DNA of 64,000 nt from the human T2T-CHM13v2.0 reference genome, Homo sapiens: the NCBI RefSeq assembly GCF_009914755.1, contig NC_060928.1. One strand, 5' to 3'. Below, in pieces: positions 1 through 13,960 of this stretch. Both the position numbers and the translations under genes were made by a program. Positions within the stretch are counted from its first letter, which is position 1. The number at the start of each line of letters is the position of its first letter. The notes beneath the pieces were generated by a model. That model was not told the origin of the DNA. It saw only the letters and a program-made list of their open reading frames with translations, and did no database searches.

Positions 1-308
1 GAAGAAAAGGAGGTTTAATTGGACTTACAGTTATACATGGCTCGAGAGGCCTCAGAATCACAGTGGGAAGCAAAAGGCACTTCTTACATGGTGATGGCAA
101 GAGAAAAATGAGGAAAAAGCAAAAGCGAGAACTCCTGAGAAACCCATCAGTTCTTGTGAAACTTAATTCACTATCATGAGAATAGCATGGGAAAGACCGA
201 CCCCCATGATTCAATTACCTCCTCCTGGGTCCCTCCCACAACACGTGGGAATTCTGGGAGATACAATTAAAGTTGAGATTTGGGTGGGGACACAGCCAAA
301 CCATATCA
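1..308 (-). mobile_element. THE1 (probably THE1D) MaLR LTR, cut by window start
   Basis: Ends GAGATTTGGGTGGGGACACAGCCAAACCATATCA, the reverse complement of the THE1 LTR 5' end; contains the THE1D-like GCAAGAGAAAAATGAGGAAAAAGCAAAAGCG segment. Confidence 0.85.
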
Positions 309-468
309 CCTGCATTACCACAAACATATAAATAATATGCTGCACTACAACATTAAGACTTCTATGACATCATTGGGCAGTTTTTCAGCTCCCTGATAAT
401 CTTATGGGACCACTGTTGTATAAACAGTCTGTTGTGGACCACAGTGACACTATATGGTGCATGACTAT
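309..468. mobile_element. Tigger3/MER47-type DNA transposon end fragment
   Basis: ATAATCTTATGGGACCACTGTTGTATA...GTGCATGACTATA matches the CpG-decayed Tigger3/MER47 terminal region as I remember it. Confidence 0.6.
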
Positions 469-559
469 ACACAAAAGCGTCTCAGGATCTTAAGGAAATG
501 AATGAGAAAAGTCTCCAGCAATAGAATTTCTAAGAACCTTAAGGGCACTGTCCCACAGC

Positions 560-1285
560 AACTAAAAGAAAGCCTAGCATAAAAAAAGGGCTACTTTCAG
601 GAGACTTATGAGTGTGGCTTTTGTCTAGTGAAGTAGATTGTAAATTGATATATGAGAAATCCACAAGGCTTTTATAGGAATTATAACATCTTGGACTAAT
701 ATGATAAAAGTCAAGGGCAAACGTTGTATTCCTTCACTGCTACAATTAGGAAACCAGCTGAGAAAAGCACTCAGCTGCAAATATGGACCATTTTTTAATG
801 GAAAAGGAAGGATGACTCAGAGGGTGAAACTGAGACCTCAGAAGCTGAAACCAAAAGCCATATAAAAAAGCAACTCTCAGAGAACATAAAGCTGAGTCCT
901 ACTCAAGAAACTGGCAACATGTTCCCAGCTGCAATTAAGAATTGCTACAGCACAGTGACTATTGTATACCTCCCGTTTTCTTGCCTTTTTAATGGAATAG
1001 TCTATAGTCATGATCCTATGCTTGTCCTACCAATATATGTTTAGGGATTGGGAGGCAAGTAACTTGTCTGCATAGTTCATAGGTCTTCAGATGCAGACAA
1101 ACCAAACCACTCCTGAAGATATGAGAATCAGAAGAAGCTCATCCATGCCTGGACCTGGTCTAGGTGAAAAGTTTCTAGAATTTGACACCTACACTGTTAC
1201 TATAAAAGAGAATTTGGAAAAGTCTTAGAGATGAGCATATTATAAAAAGTTGTAGGAACACAAATGATTTATAGCCAAAGGTCAG
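560..1285 (+). mobile_element. MLT1 internal (MaLR-int) fragment
   Basis: Motifs such as GAATTGCTACAGCACAGTGACT, CCTATGCTTGTCCTACCA and AACTTGTCT...AGTTCATAGGTCTTCAGAT are typical of MLT1-int; followed directly by an MLT1 LTR. Confidence 0.55.
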
Positions 1286-1550
1286 AAGTGGAGATTTACA
1301 AATTATGTCCACAAATGTTTGACACTTCTGCAATTGAGAGGCAGGTTTTATTTCTCCTGTCCTTGAATTTAGGCATGCGTGTAACTGCTTCAATTAACAG
1401 AGTTCAGTGAAATTGGCACAGTGTGATATGCAAGGCTAGGTCATAACAAGAATGAAACTTTGGCTCAAATTTGGCCGTGGACCCCTGAGCCATTATGTAT
1501 GATGAGTCTGACTGCCCTGTGGTCACCATGCTTTCAAAAAGCCATGTTAG
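1286..1550 (+). mobile_element. MLT1F/G-type LTR fragment
   Basis: ATGTCCACAAATGTTTGACACTTCTGCAATTGAGAGG...CCTTGAAT...GGCTAGGTCATAA resembles the MLT1F/G LTR 5' half. Confidence 0.6.
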
Positions 1551-1551
1551 T

Positions 1552-1838
1552 GGCTGAGTGCGGTAGCTCATGCCTATAATCTCAGCACTTTGGGAGGCAG
1601 AGGCAGGTGGATCACCTGAGGTCAGGAGTTTGAGACCATACTGGCCAACATGATGAAACTCCGTCTCCACTAAAAATTCTAAAAAATTAGCTGGGCATGG
1701 TGGCGCATGCCTGTAATCCCAGCTACTAGGGAGGCTGAGGAAGGAGAATCTCTTGAACCCGGGAGACGAGGTTACAGTGAGCCAAGGTTGCACCATTGCA
1801 CTCCAGCCTGGCTGACAGAGTCTCAAAAAAAAAAAAAA
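1552..1838 (+). mobile_element. AluS (Sx/Sz-like), full length
   Basis: Two-arm Alu with GGATCACCTGAGGTCAGGAG and poly(A) tail; TSD AAAAAGCCATGT on both sides. Confidence 0.95.
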
Positions 1839-1934
1839 GCCATGTCAAATAGATTACTAGAATCTTCTTTTTCTTCTGTAATTACACAGCTACATGATAG
1901 TCATTAATATTTAACAGTTTCATTTATTAATAGG

Positions 1935-2261
<327 letters not shown>

Positions 2262-2507
2262 TGAAAAGAAGATATTAGTCTAGAGAGAGGAAAAACATCT
2301 AAGGGGAACTGTCATTATTTAATTCTGAAACTTTTCTCTAATACTCTGGAATTAAATCTCTCCCAAATGAGCAAAATTCCGGGCCTCTACATTCAGGTTT
2401 GACACTATTGAATATGACATTAGACAAAGTTGTCTTCCTAAATTTCCTCATATGCTCCCAATTCATGTACATACTCCCCCTTCACCCTTCAATAAATGCT
2501 TCCATAG

Positions 2508-2870
2508 TCTTTTAGTCCATTTTCATGCTGCTGATAAAGACATACATGAGACTGGGTAATTCATTTTTTAAAAAGATGTTTAATGGACTCACAGTTCCAT
2601 GTGGCTGGGGAGGCCTCACAATCATGGTGGAAGGTGAAATACATGTCTTACATGGCAGCAGACAAGAGAGAAATAGGACCAAGTGAAAGAGGTTTCCCCT
2701 TACAAAACCACCAGATTTCATGATAGTTATTCACTACCATGAGAACAGTATGGGGGAGACTGCCCCTATGACTCAATTGTCTCCTACCGGGTCCTTTCCA
2801 CAACATGTGGGAATTATGGGAGCTACAAATCAAGATGAGATTTGGGTGGGGACACAGCCAAACCATATCA
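2508..2870 (-). mobile_element. THE1C-like solo LTR
   Basis: Complete antisense THE1 LTR ending CCAAACCATATCA; perfect 5-bp TSD CATAG at 2503-2507 and 2871-2875. Confidence 0.92.
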
Positions 2871-3056
2871 CATAGCATTTCGTTTTAAGTTCTAGACAAC
2901 TCCCAGAGATCACAGCTTCAACCAACAATGAATGAACATGTTTAATGGATAAAATGAAACAAAAAAGCAAAAACAATTTTTTAATGTTTAAAAAGTTATT
3001 TTACACAAGATAATTGAAAATCATATACAAAACTGGGAAATACAACTTATCAGCAA

Positions 3057-3148
3057 TCTCTCTCTCTATATATATATATGTATGTATACATATGTATACA
3101 CACACACACACAACTATATATATGTGTGTGTTTGTGAGTGTGTATTTA
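3057..3148. repeat. Compound (CT)/(TA)/(CA)/(TG) microsatellite
   Basis: Dinucleotide runs seen directly. Confidence 0.85.
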
Positions 3149-3150
3149 TA

Positions 3151-3574
3151 CAGTTGACCCATAAACAACATAAATTTGAACTGTGTGGGTTCACTTACAT
3201 GTGAATTTTCTTTCACCTCTGCCATCCCTGAGACAGCAAGACCAACCCCTCCTCTTCCTCTTCCTCTTCCTCCTCAGCCTACTCAACGTGAAGAGGACCT
3301 TTATGATAATCCACTTCCTCTTAATGAGTAGTAAATATATTTCTCTTACTTTTGATTTTTGTAATAACATTTTTTCCTCTAGCTTACTTTATTATAAGCA
3401 TATAGAATATCATCTATAGAGAAAATATGTTTAACTAATCCTTAGGTTATTGGTAAGGCTTCTATTCAATAGTAGGCTATGAGTAGTTAAATTTGAGGGG
3501 AGTCAAAAATTATATGTAGGTTTTCTACTGTTGGGGGGCAATGCCCTAACCTAATGTTGTTCAAAGGTAAATTG
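3151..3574. mobile_element. Tigger2a-type DNA transposon (TcMar-Tigger)
   Basis: Termini CAGTTGACCC... and ...TTCAAAGGTAAATTG flanked by TA; internal GAGACAGCAAGACCAACCCCTCCTCTTCCTC...CAGCCTACTCAACGTGAAG. Confidence 0.85.
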
Positions 3575-6159
3575 TATATACATGTATCTATCCCTCAAAC
3601 ATAAAATAGTTACTGACTTAATATTTTTATAACTTAATAAACAATTATCACCACCTAAGAAATTGGTGTGTTCTGAACATAAAAAATAAAGCATTCCAAC
3701 AAAATTATTTTAAGCCTTCTTGAAACTATTTTAAACTGATAAATGGTAAAATTCAGTTTAATAATTAACCGACATAATTTTAAACTAATCCAGTATCAGT
3801 TTCTTCTCAGAACATTTTTGAGGCTATTATTAAAAAACATTTATCAATTCTGAGTTACAAAAATCAAGCATAAACATGTAACCACTATGTAAAATTAGTT
3901 TTGCATTTATTAGCTTCTAATATAAAACAGTGCTGAAAATAAGTGAATAATAACTGAATGTGCTATTAACAAAATAGCCAACAGTTGATATGGTATCAGA
4001 TAAATGCTATAAATGGATTAAGGTGGTGAGATTATTATGATATGTAAAGTGATGTTTTTCTGTTTTTTTCACTAGCTAGGAGGATTTCTTGAACACTTAC
4101 TACATGCCAAAACTCTTCACTGGTCTCTGTCTTGACGAGATTTTAGTCAAGTAAATTTAAAAACACTGCAAAGAAATTTTAAAAAGCATTTTAAAAGCAT
4201 GGAGAGTGGGGGTTTTCCATTTAAATTTTAAAATTAAAATTTTCCAATTTAAAAGCATTATATTTTATGTAGATCTTTGAGTCTGTTTAGTTTGGCGACA
4301 ATACAAATCACAATGTGGCCTACTGGAAACCATCTATAGACCTGTGCTAAATATTATCCATCAACTATGTAGAAGGTGGATTGCATTCTTCAACTCTTAA
4401 TTCACAACTCAATTTGGGAAACACTATTGAAAAGGTTCAGAGGGAGCTGACCTCACACCCCTGAACTGAGGAAACAGGGCCTGCATTCAGCAAAGTGGAG
4501 ACTCATGCACATCAAATTACAGAGTTTTCGTTGGAGTTAGAATAATTGTTATGTGTAATATGCTAACTTGGCATATGGAGAAATATCATTTCAAAGTCAT
4601 TTAGTGAATGCTTCAGATATTTGCAAACATTTGCATTTTCATTTGACATTTTTAACACTCTGTAAAAACACAACACAGTTGAACTCGATTTGCTTAGTGC
4701 ACGTATCAATTCATGAAAAAAACTGAAAACTACTAGTTTTATATTAAGATGATGAAAATGAACCTACATTGATTAAATGCTTAAATAAGTTTGGAACGAG
4801 TTTAACAAAAGCTTTCCAAACATTTGTGAAACTTTTTATAATCTTCCTTACATGTGGGATTGGTAGTAAAATCTGATACGAGGGTTAGCTTTTCAAATAC
4901 ATTTCAAAAATAATAAGACCTGTCAGTATTCCATTTGAATCATTAACTGTATACGGTCCCTTCCCATATGTACCAATGGCTTCCTCGCACACTTGTGGTT
5001 ACAACATTACCTTCTACTGCTAAATGCATTCCCACCCCAATATACCTGCCTGCCTATTGTATATTTTGAGTTTCCTAGAAAATAAATTTAAAAGAATAAA
5101 TGTAGTTTAAGGACTTTTTTTTTGCCTTTTACTAGTATTCTATTTTTTTCACACATGATTATTTTTCCCCTAGATACTGGAAGAGAAAGAATACTAAATT
5201 CAGACTTAGAAAACTGTAGATATGATCATAGATAATATTTTGACATGGGAAGATTCAAATAAAAGTCTCAGGCTTTCAATATGTTTGTCAACAGAAAGAG
5301 ACGGACTGAAACTCAGAGAGGGATGGACTGAAACTCAGGGAGGGTTTCATCTTGGTGGCAACTTTAATCAATTTGTTAGTGGATATCTGAGAGCTGTTCT
5401 GAGAGATTCTGAAAACAAGCCCATTCAGACTAAGAATCCCAACTCCCAATGTGGATGAATGCCATGAACATGGGCTCATGATACTTGTGACAATGTTGCC
5501 ATGTAGTTACCATATCTGCCCAAGATAATGTGCTAGGTTGTTTCCAGCTCTAACAGCCTATGATTCACTTATTCCACTCCCCTAAATTACTTCTATCACC
5601 AGAGGAAATAAGTCAATTCTTATTTTCACAGCTGGGGAAATTACTGTCAAAGTAAAATTTGGAAGTTATGTAAGTACCCTTTGTACCCTTTCTTAACTTT
5701 ACTTTTACTGATAATGTTTATACTCAAATAGAAGAGTGGACTAGTCATAAAAAAAATAAAACAACAGAGGACTAAAAGGCTTTGCCAATACATGTGCTCA
5801 GATATTATTTCCAGTTTCCATAATACAATTTCAGTTTCTTACACAACAATTAAAACATGACAGTGCTCACCAAAACTACTTTCATCTTGCTATAGTGTAC
5901 AGCTTTGCCTAGGTAAGAAAAGCATGGTAGGGTTGCTGAAAGTAGCTAAATGTGAAAACCATTGAATCTTTTCCTAAAGTCTTAATCTTGACTCATTATG
6001 AATATTTATTAAAGGATAATTATTTGGCAGACTTCTAACAATATGGAATCCTCAGATCTAACTTTGAAGTGTTGATATAAGAAGCAAAAATTTATTCCAT
6101 GACAATAACACTAATACTGCCATTAATCCTGATACTAATGTAATAGTAACACTAGTAAT

Positions 6160-6342
6160 AGATAATATTTACCATTTACTTTATGCCACTGTGCTAATGG
6201 GTTTACAAGTATGAATCCATTAAATCCTCACAATAGCCTCCCTTTATGTATTATCATAATTTGAGATAAATATGCAGTACATAATTTGTCTAAGATTATT
6301 TACATGGTTGAGTCCATGATTCAAACACAAGCATTCTAGTCC
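6160..6342 (-). mobile_element. MIR
   Basis: Degenerate antisense MIR (TTAAATCCTCACAATAGCC...GATTCAAACACAAGCATTCT). Confidence 0.6.
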
Positions 6343-6469
6343 TATGGTGTCTTTAATTGGAAATTGTCACAGCAGAATAAAGTTCTTCAATTTATAACTA
6401 ATAAGATATTTATTAGATGGCCATTGGAATAAAAAACTTCAAGAGCTTATAGGTCTTGGTTTATTTTGT

Positions 6470-6650
6470 AATGCAACAAATATTTCTTGAGTGCTTACAT
6501 GTACCAGGTAAATGCAATGATGAGAAGATACAAGTTTCTTCATTTCACAGTATCTGGAGTCTAGCCTACTTCTGGACATAGAGGTCAAAACAACACCTGT
6601 GCTATGCAGGTAAGTAACATTATAATAAGTACAACACAGAAGAGGCTACT
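6470..6650 (-). mobile_element. L2 3' end fragment
   Basis: CAACAAATATTTCTTGAGTGCTTACATGTACCAGG is the typical antisense L2 tail. Confidence 0.55.
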
Positions 6651-9626
6651 GAAGCAACCTGATATATAATAAATTATACACAGTCTTACCTGAACCTACA
6701 AAAATTGCAGTTTAAAGACTTTGTACATTAATAGAAAGAAGAATGCACAAAAACTCCCAAGAGCTTCCTCTGCAGAACTAGCTAACATTTTTTCATTGCT
6801 AGACATGTCAGAGTCTTAGAAAGGAGCAACTGGAATTCCATTTAACAAAATAGACATAAAAGGCAAAAAAACAGAGATGGCAGACTAACAGTCTGGTTTG
6901 TCCGCTAGTCAGTAATGTGCTGCCCTCATTCAATGCCTGAATTGAGCAATGTTCCCATTGTAAGCTAAGGTTCTTTCAGAGCTGTTGAGGTCTTAATCTT
7001 TCACTCCATTAAATCCTATTGTAAATAATAACAGTAAAGCTACCTCATTGCAATACATGGTGTATTTGGCTTTCCTGAATCATCCCTGGGTAGGGAGTTT
7101 CCTGTATACACCTAATTCAATCATGAATAGCAATTACTGCAGATAATAAAATGGGGTTTCTGCTGCTGCAGCTTAAATAACATGTTTGGGGTGTATTAAG
7201 CAGATATTTGTATATTAAGGGTTTTGCAATCTTGGTTGTAATATTGTGATATTACTAACACTTTGCAAATATTTACTTTAGCAATGTCACTCATTTTGAA
7301 GTAGAAATACTCATATAATTTCTGAAACAATGTAAATCATCATAGTTTTCATTTATAAATGTGTTTTCACAGTGTAGGCCCTAAAAATGGTAGTAATACA
7401 AATGTGCTTCAGTGCCTCTGTATATATCTTTCTCTTAGATATAAAATTTAAGTTAGAAAAAAGTATATTGCAAGCATTAGAAACAGATGTTTTTATGCAT
7501 ACTGATTAGACCATTAATTGGTTTTCTTTTCAGTTCTTCCATAATTACTCATGACATGTCATTCACTGGCACAATGCTACCCTGCCACTTTCAGTGACCC
7601 AAAACTAACCTTTTCCAAAGAAGTGCAGAAAACTCTACTTTTTCCTTTGGGAAAGTTGGAGGTCAACTGAAAAGTTGCTTTGGTAGAAAAGGGTTAAAAT
7701 TCCACTAGCTAAAATCTCCGGAGGGATTACGTAACTCAAAACAAAGGAAGTTAAATACTCAGCTTACCAAAGTATGCAGAATGACAGAAAAAGCATCTGT
7801 CTAGAGAGAACTTCATCCTCATGACTATAATCTACCTCTTTTTTGCTGGCTGGTGCACTGAATACCTTCTTGTAGCCTTTAACCCACCGGGGCTAAGAGT
7901 GGCCTTGCTAAGAGCCCAGACTGCACAAAGGTACCTTGAAAGTTGGCTGAGACAGAGTGTAAATCTCCACTTTAGCCCACCAAGATGACACCATACCTTC
8001 TTCCAAGTCTCGGAATCCCAAGCCAACATAAGAGATGAGTAGGAATATAAATTAAAACTCCTTCATGCTTAAACTCTTTCCTTTATGGTTCTTATTCCCA
8101 CATATGGATTAAATTTTTACTTTCGCAGAAGGGCATTCTTTTCTAGAAACATGCTCGTGTAACATAGTTCAAGTCCCATTTCTCTTTCATTTGAGCTTCA
8201 GGGTCTCTACTGAATGTCCACTGCTCTCTATTAATGTGACTTTAGCAAGTTTGTCCACTTGAGTAAATTTGGGTTCCAGGAACACCAAGGGGCTCTTTGC
8301 CGTTGTGTTTACCTTCAAGGTCGAAGCCATGGAAAGCCTGTCACACAGCTTCTTTCTGAACATGTTGGCTCATTTGTTTCAAGGGTTCCATATTCCCTGG
8401 GAAGTTCTTTCCAAAGTCAATTTTAAGGTTAAGCAAATATTAGTTCATCTAGCAGTGTGTCCCAGTGCTTCCTTCTCTGATTTCTTTTACATGCAAAATT
8501 CTAAGACAGTGTCATGAGTTCTTTAGAGAAAAGTTTCTCTGCACTTCTAACAGGTCAATTTTTCTTTTAGACATATTTTTCCATATGCCATAGTCAATGG
8601 ATATTAAAGATGCCTTTAGAAACCTATAATTGATGAAAACAGAATCCCAGGTTTGTGATATCTCTCATAATAACATAAAGTTGGAAAGCTCTGTATCTCT
8701 CATTTTCTATTAAACACATACACACAGAAATGGTGATGAAGTGTTCATAAAAATAGAAGACTATGGAAAACCTTCTGCCCAGCATTAGCTCCATTGGAAT
8801 ATGTATGAAACTTCATTCCATAAACTTGGTTTGTCTGGCCTCTTATCTGCATTTTGGGCTTTTCAGTTGACAATAAAGGCAAATTAACTTGCATACAAAA
8901 AGGGATTTTCTTTACTGAAAGGTAGTTAATACTTTATTTTAAAATGTGTCATAGATCACTGCATTTTGAAATTAAGGTCTCTGAAGAAAACCAGTTGAGA
9001 TGTTAATGTCTTTGTCCCTTTAATTGTCTGAAATGATAATATCTAGAACAGTATTTAGTAATTCTAAAACATAAAGAATGCTGCTTGCAACAGTAAATAT
9101 TTTACTTCTTCAGGTCAACAACTTTTACACTAGAAGAACATACATACATATATATGTGTATAGAATATATAGATATATATATCCATATGCATGTACCTAT
9201 GTATTATTGAAGCACATGTTTCAATTTAATTGATAGTTTAATAAACATGTTTATTCCATTTGATGAATTTATGGTGAATATCACCTTACTAAATATTTTT
9301 CCTTATGTAATTTTACACATATAAGATTGCATTCAAAATTGAAATGCTTTCAATATTGAAAGTTAGATGACCAAAGTTGAAGTCTTCATACTGCTATTTA
9401 TCAGTTTTCCCTTGGCATTCCTGAGCCTCATTTACCAGCATCACATTTTGAAATGTTGTCACTGTTTACCTCCAATACATTAAAAAGGTGCCTACTGTAC
9501 ATGGTTGCTCAAAGCCCCAAATAAGATACCACTTGGAAAAAGAATTAGTAAACTATAATGTTTACAATAACCTCAGGAAAATTAATTAATATACAACATT
9601 TGGCAAGCATATTTCATATTTAATTA

Positions 9627-10380
9627 TACTGTTGGTGGGAATGTAAATTAGTACAGCCACTCTGGGAAACAGTATGCAGGTTCTTCAAAAAACTAAAAAT
9701 AGAACTACATATTACCTAGCAAGCCTACTGCTGGGTATATATCCAAAAGAAAGAAAATCAACATATTGAAGAGAGATCAGCACTCTGATATTTATTGCAG
9801 CACCATTCACAATAGCCAAGATATGGAATCAATGTAGGTGTCCATCAGAAGACAAAAGGATTAAAAATGTGATATATTTACTCATACAATGAAGTGAAAT
9901 CCTGTCATTTGCAGCAACACAGATAGAACTGAAGGACATTATGTTAAGGGAAATAAGCCAGGCACAGAAAGATAAACATTGCATGTTCTCATTCATATAT
10001 GGAAGCTATTTATAAGGAAGCAGTGAATAGAATGGTGGTTACCCAAGGCTGGAAAGGGAAGTGGGGAGAGGGAGATGCAGAAGGGTTGGTTAATAGGAAC
10101 ATATACACAGTTAGAGAAGAAGAAATAAATTGTAGTGTTCAATAGCACAATAGAGTGACTATAGTTAAAAATGATTCATTGCATATTTCAAAATGGCTAG
10201 AAGGTAAGATTTGAAATGTACCCAACATAAAGAAATGCTAAATGTTTGAGATTATAGATTTTTCAATTACTCAGATTTGATCATTACAGATTGTATCCTT
10301 GCATCAAAATATTACATGTACCCCATAGATATGTGTAACTATCATGTATAAATAAAAATAACAAAACAAAATAATATAAA
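9627..10380 (+). mobile_element. L1MA-type 3' end (ORF2 end plus 3'UTR)
   Basis: ACTGTTGGTGGGAATGTAAATTAGTACAGCCAC, L1MA 3'UTR (GATTTGATCATTACA...CATGTACCCCATA) and A-rich tail. Confidence 0.85.
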
Positions 10381-10395
10381 TAAATTATGTGCACT

Positions 10396-11052
10396 TGTGA
10401 TGTGTGTAATATTTGTGTCCCCCTCCAACAGATACATATGTTGAAATCTTAACTCTCAATGTGATGGTATTAGGTGGTGGGATCTTTGTGAGGTGAAAAG
10501 GTAATATAAATGGGGCCCTCATTAATGAGATTTGTACCCTTATAGAAGGGACCCCAGAGAGCTCTCTCACCCTCTTTTTTTATTTTTATTTTTTTGAGAC
10601 AGAGTCTCACTGTATTGCCCGGGCTGGAGTGCAGTGGTGTAATCTTGGCTCACTGCAACCTCCGCCTCCCGGGTTCATTCTTCTGCCTCAGCCTTCCAAG
10701 TAGCTAGAATTGCAGGCATGCACCACCATGAACAGCTAATTTTTGTATTTTTGTAGAGACGGGGTTTCTCCATGTTAGCCAGGCTGGTTTCGTAGCCTGA
10801 CCTCAAATGAACCACCCTCCTCGGCCTCCCATAATGCTGGGGTTACAGGCATGAGCCATGGCGCTCAGCCTTACCTTCTTTTTTGTCATGTGAGAGCACA
10901 GCAAGAAAATGGCCATCCATGAACCAGGTGGCAGGTCCTCTTCTGGTGCCTTGATCTTGGAGTCCCCATCATCCAGAATTATGAGAAACAAGTCTTTGTT
11001 GTTTAAACCTCCTAGTCTATGGTATCCTGTTGTAGCAAAGTGAACGAAGACA
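10396..11052 (+). mobile_element. MLT1A/MLT1A0 LTR interrupted by an Alu
   Basis: ATATGTTGAAATCTTAACTCTCAATGTGATGGTATTAGG...GCCTTGATCTTGGA...CTATGGTATCCTGTTGTAGCA. Confidence 0.8.
10576..10870 (-). mobile_element. AluS inserted in MLT1A
   Basis: Antisense Alu with poly(T) head; degenerate TSD TCACCCTCTTTTT / TTACCTTCTTTTT. Confidence 0.93.
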
Positions 11053-13799
11053 CTGACATTTTTTGCATTACTTGTTGAATCTCTCTACTTTGATAGCAGT
11101 TCCTGAAGCATTGAAACATTTGTAAAACAACATTTTTCTGAGTACTTTTATAGCCAAAATGTTAGCTCACCATATTTTTATACAAAGGAACAAAATGCAG
11201 TTATTAATACCAGTAAACAAATTGGATGTGTTTTGAGGATCTTGAAGGAAAATTAACTAAAAATGATAGAAGGCTTATTGATCCATTGACTCAAGTACAT
11301 TCTTTTCAGTGAACCCACTGGAAGAGACTGCTTCCAGGTCCTATAGGCCTGTCCACCGAGTAAGTATTATGTATCTTAGATAAACCTACTCTTCTTACTA
11401 TTGGCCTTTTAGTTCCACACAGCAGTAGGAAGCCATGGGCAATGTGGAAGGTAGAATCGCATATGAAATTCATCTATTAGTAAAGGAGTTTGGAGTACAG
11501 AATCAAACTAGACATTGGTTATGGTATATGAACTAATATAAATAAAATTTGTCTGTTACTGGAAGCAGTAAACCATGGGTCAGCTTTCCTTTTACTTTCT
11601 CTAGTATTCCTCAGGCCAGTTCATATTTTTTACCATTTCCTTCTGCAGTAAGCATTGCTATATTATGCCTAAGCATAAAAATGAGAATCAAACTAATTAA
11701 TTTGCTTAACTTTCCTCAGGTTTTCTCCCAAGTCAATGACTCAACTTAGTTCTCTGCACAATGGCTAGCCAGTCAAGTCTCATTTTGTTTTTACCTCTTT
11801 CTGTTGCATTAACAAATGGTAAGGTTTTTACATGAGTATAGTATTATTTTGAAATTTTATGTGACCATATGTGAGGAAATTCAAATTTATGATTCCCTCA
11901 TCAGTAAGCACAAGCTGACTGTATTCTGACAATCCATATATACCATAACAGCTTCTGTAAAAAGAGACTTCAGAGACTCACATTTTTATACTTTGGAAAA
12001 TTCCAGAACCAACTCTTGTGCTAAAATGGTAGCTATTATTTTTATTTGTTTTAATCATCATCATCAACAAAATATTGTTCACTCTCCAAAATATTTGGAA
12101 TGTGACCCATTGCAGACTTACAGTCAAGTTTAAGGGCCATAATGACGAAAGGAACTACTTATTGGTATTAGGTCATTTCATCTGGGTTGGTGATTAGTGT
12201 GCTAACCCGGATCTGTCATTGCCTGAACAAATCTCAAAAACAGAGAACCAACATGAGGGCTTTGCTTATGAAGAATCACTATGCTCTTGTGTTCCGGTCA
12301 TGGATTTATAGCCTCACAAACTGTCTACCCTCTACCGACTTTTGATGAGATACACAGAATAAATGTTTTTTCAGATTCCTTCCTTCTTCCTCAAATCCGT
12401 TAATTATTTTTGGAGTTTGTATCCTGCATGGAAGTCCATTTCAGCACTTCTTATTTTTGATGCTGATTGTTGCACATGATGCCAACTTGACCTGCTGTAT
12501 ACCATATATTCCAGATTCGCAGCTGTGAATGGCTGGTTTTCAGATTAGGTCTTACAAAGTTCCTAACCTTGGTATCTCTGTCACTTTGTAGGTGACCTTA
12601 TCATGCAGAGTAAACACATAAATATGAGGTTCTCATGAGTTTATAAAGCCTTTTCCAAGAGGTCTTAGTTCAACCCTCCCCCTTTCTTCTCTTGGGCTCA
12701 TACTCTTCTCCCTTTAGCACTCTGCCCTATCAAAACACTTCATGAAAATATCTGCTTAGCCCATCACACTGTGATTTATAAAGCTTGGTGTATTGTCATT
12801 CCCAGGTGCATTTGAACTTTAACCCCAGACAAGGAGCCTTAAATCAAAAAAATGGCTCTGTAATTAACGTTAATAATTTATGGTCTCTGTGAGCAAGTGA
12901 AAGATGGACTTGGGAAGTTAGGAAGTGGGTTTCTATTTACCCCTGAAATCATATATTAATTGATATGCCATCTCTGTGATAAGGACCATTTAGAGATTAA
13001 ATCATTTACACATTCTTCTATCTGTTATGGAAATATAGAAATCTTTGCCTGAGAATTCATAAGAGGTGATGAAAGTAATAAAAAAGTTTTATATAATGGT
13101 CAAGTCAGAGTGAATCAAAGAGCCAGTTCCCAAATTTGAATATATTCTTGAAACCTCAGAGTCTTAAAGCTCACATGCTCCACTTCACAAAATCCTAGGT
13201 GACTATGTTTCTTATTCTACAATCTCCTCCACTAATAAGAAATAGAAAGACATGGAACTAAAGGTGACTATCTTAATACCTATTCCCAGGGAGGCTCCCT
13301 GCTGGATCTGTTTTCTGCATGGATGACTAAGTAGAATAACACAGAAGGGGATCTCTTTAAATTGGTTGTTGTGGAGGGTTAGAGAGTCTGGGTATTAATT
13401 TCTTAGTGTTTGAATGTGTCTGTTTCGGATAGCTGAATAAAGAGGTTATGGATACTTCACTATAACTTGTTTATAAATCTATGACTGATGTTGCTTCCGT
13501 AGATTTGACACTCTAGAGTTGTATGAAGCAATAGTGTTGCCTGTGGCAAAAAGCGATGAAACAGAACATTACAAATTAGGAGGAGCCCTTGGATAGCTGT
13601 TATTAGTCCATTCTTGCCTAAAAGCCTCCATTCTAGAGGCAGAAATGTGGTCCAATTTCCATAGAAGGAAACTGAGTTGTCTAATCAGGAAAAGACCAGA
13701 ATTCTCAGTTTAGCGAAGTTGTCAAGTGGAGGGACTTTCAAATAAATGCATCTTGGCCCCAAATAAACTATGTTAAAATCAGTAATCATCATTTACTGC

Positions 13800-13960
13800 T
13801 TCTGTGACCATGAAGTAGTTATGTAACAGTGTAAAGACTCAGCTTTGTCCGCTATACAATGGGGATAATAATGATATCACCTACCTTAAAAGATGGTTGT
13901 GAAAATAAAATGAGGCAATACTTGAAAATTTCCTGACACATTTTAAATGTTCAACATTAT
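13800..13960 (+). mobile_element. MIR
   Basis: Core AATGGGGATAATAAT...CCTACCT...GGTTGTGAAAATAAAATGAG. Confidence 0.7.
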
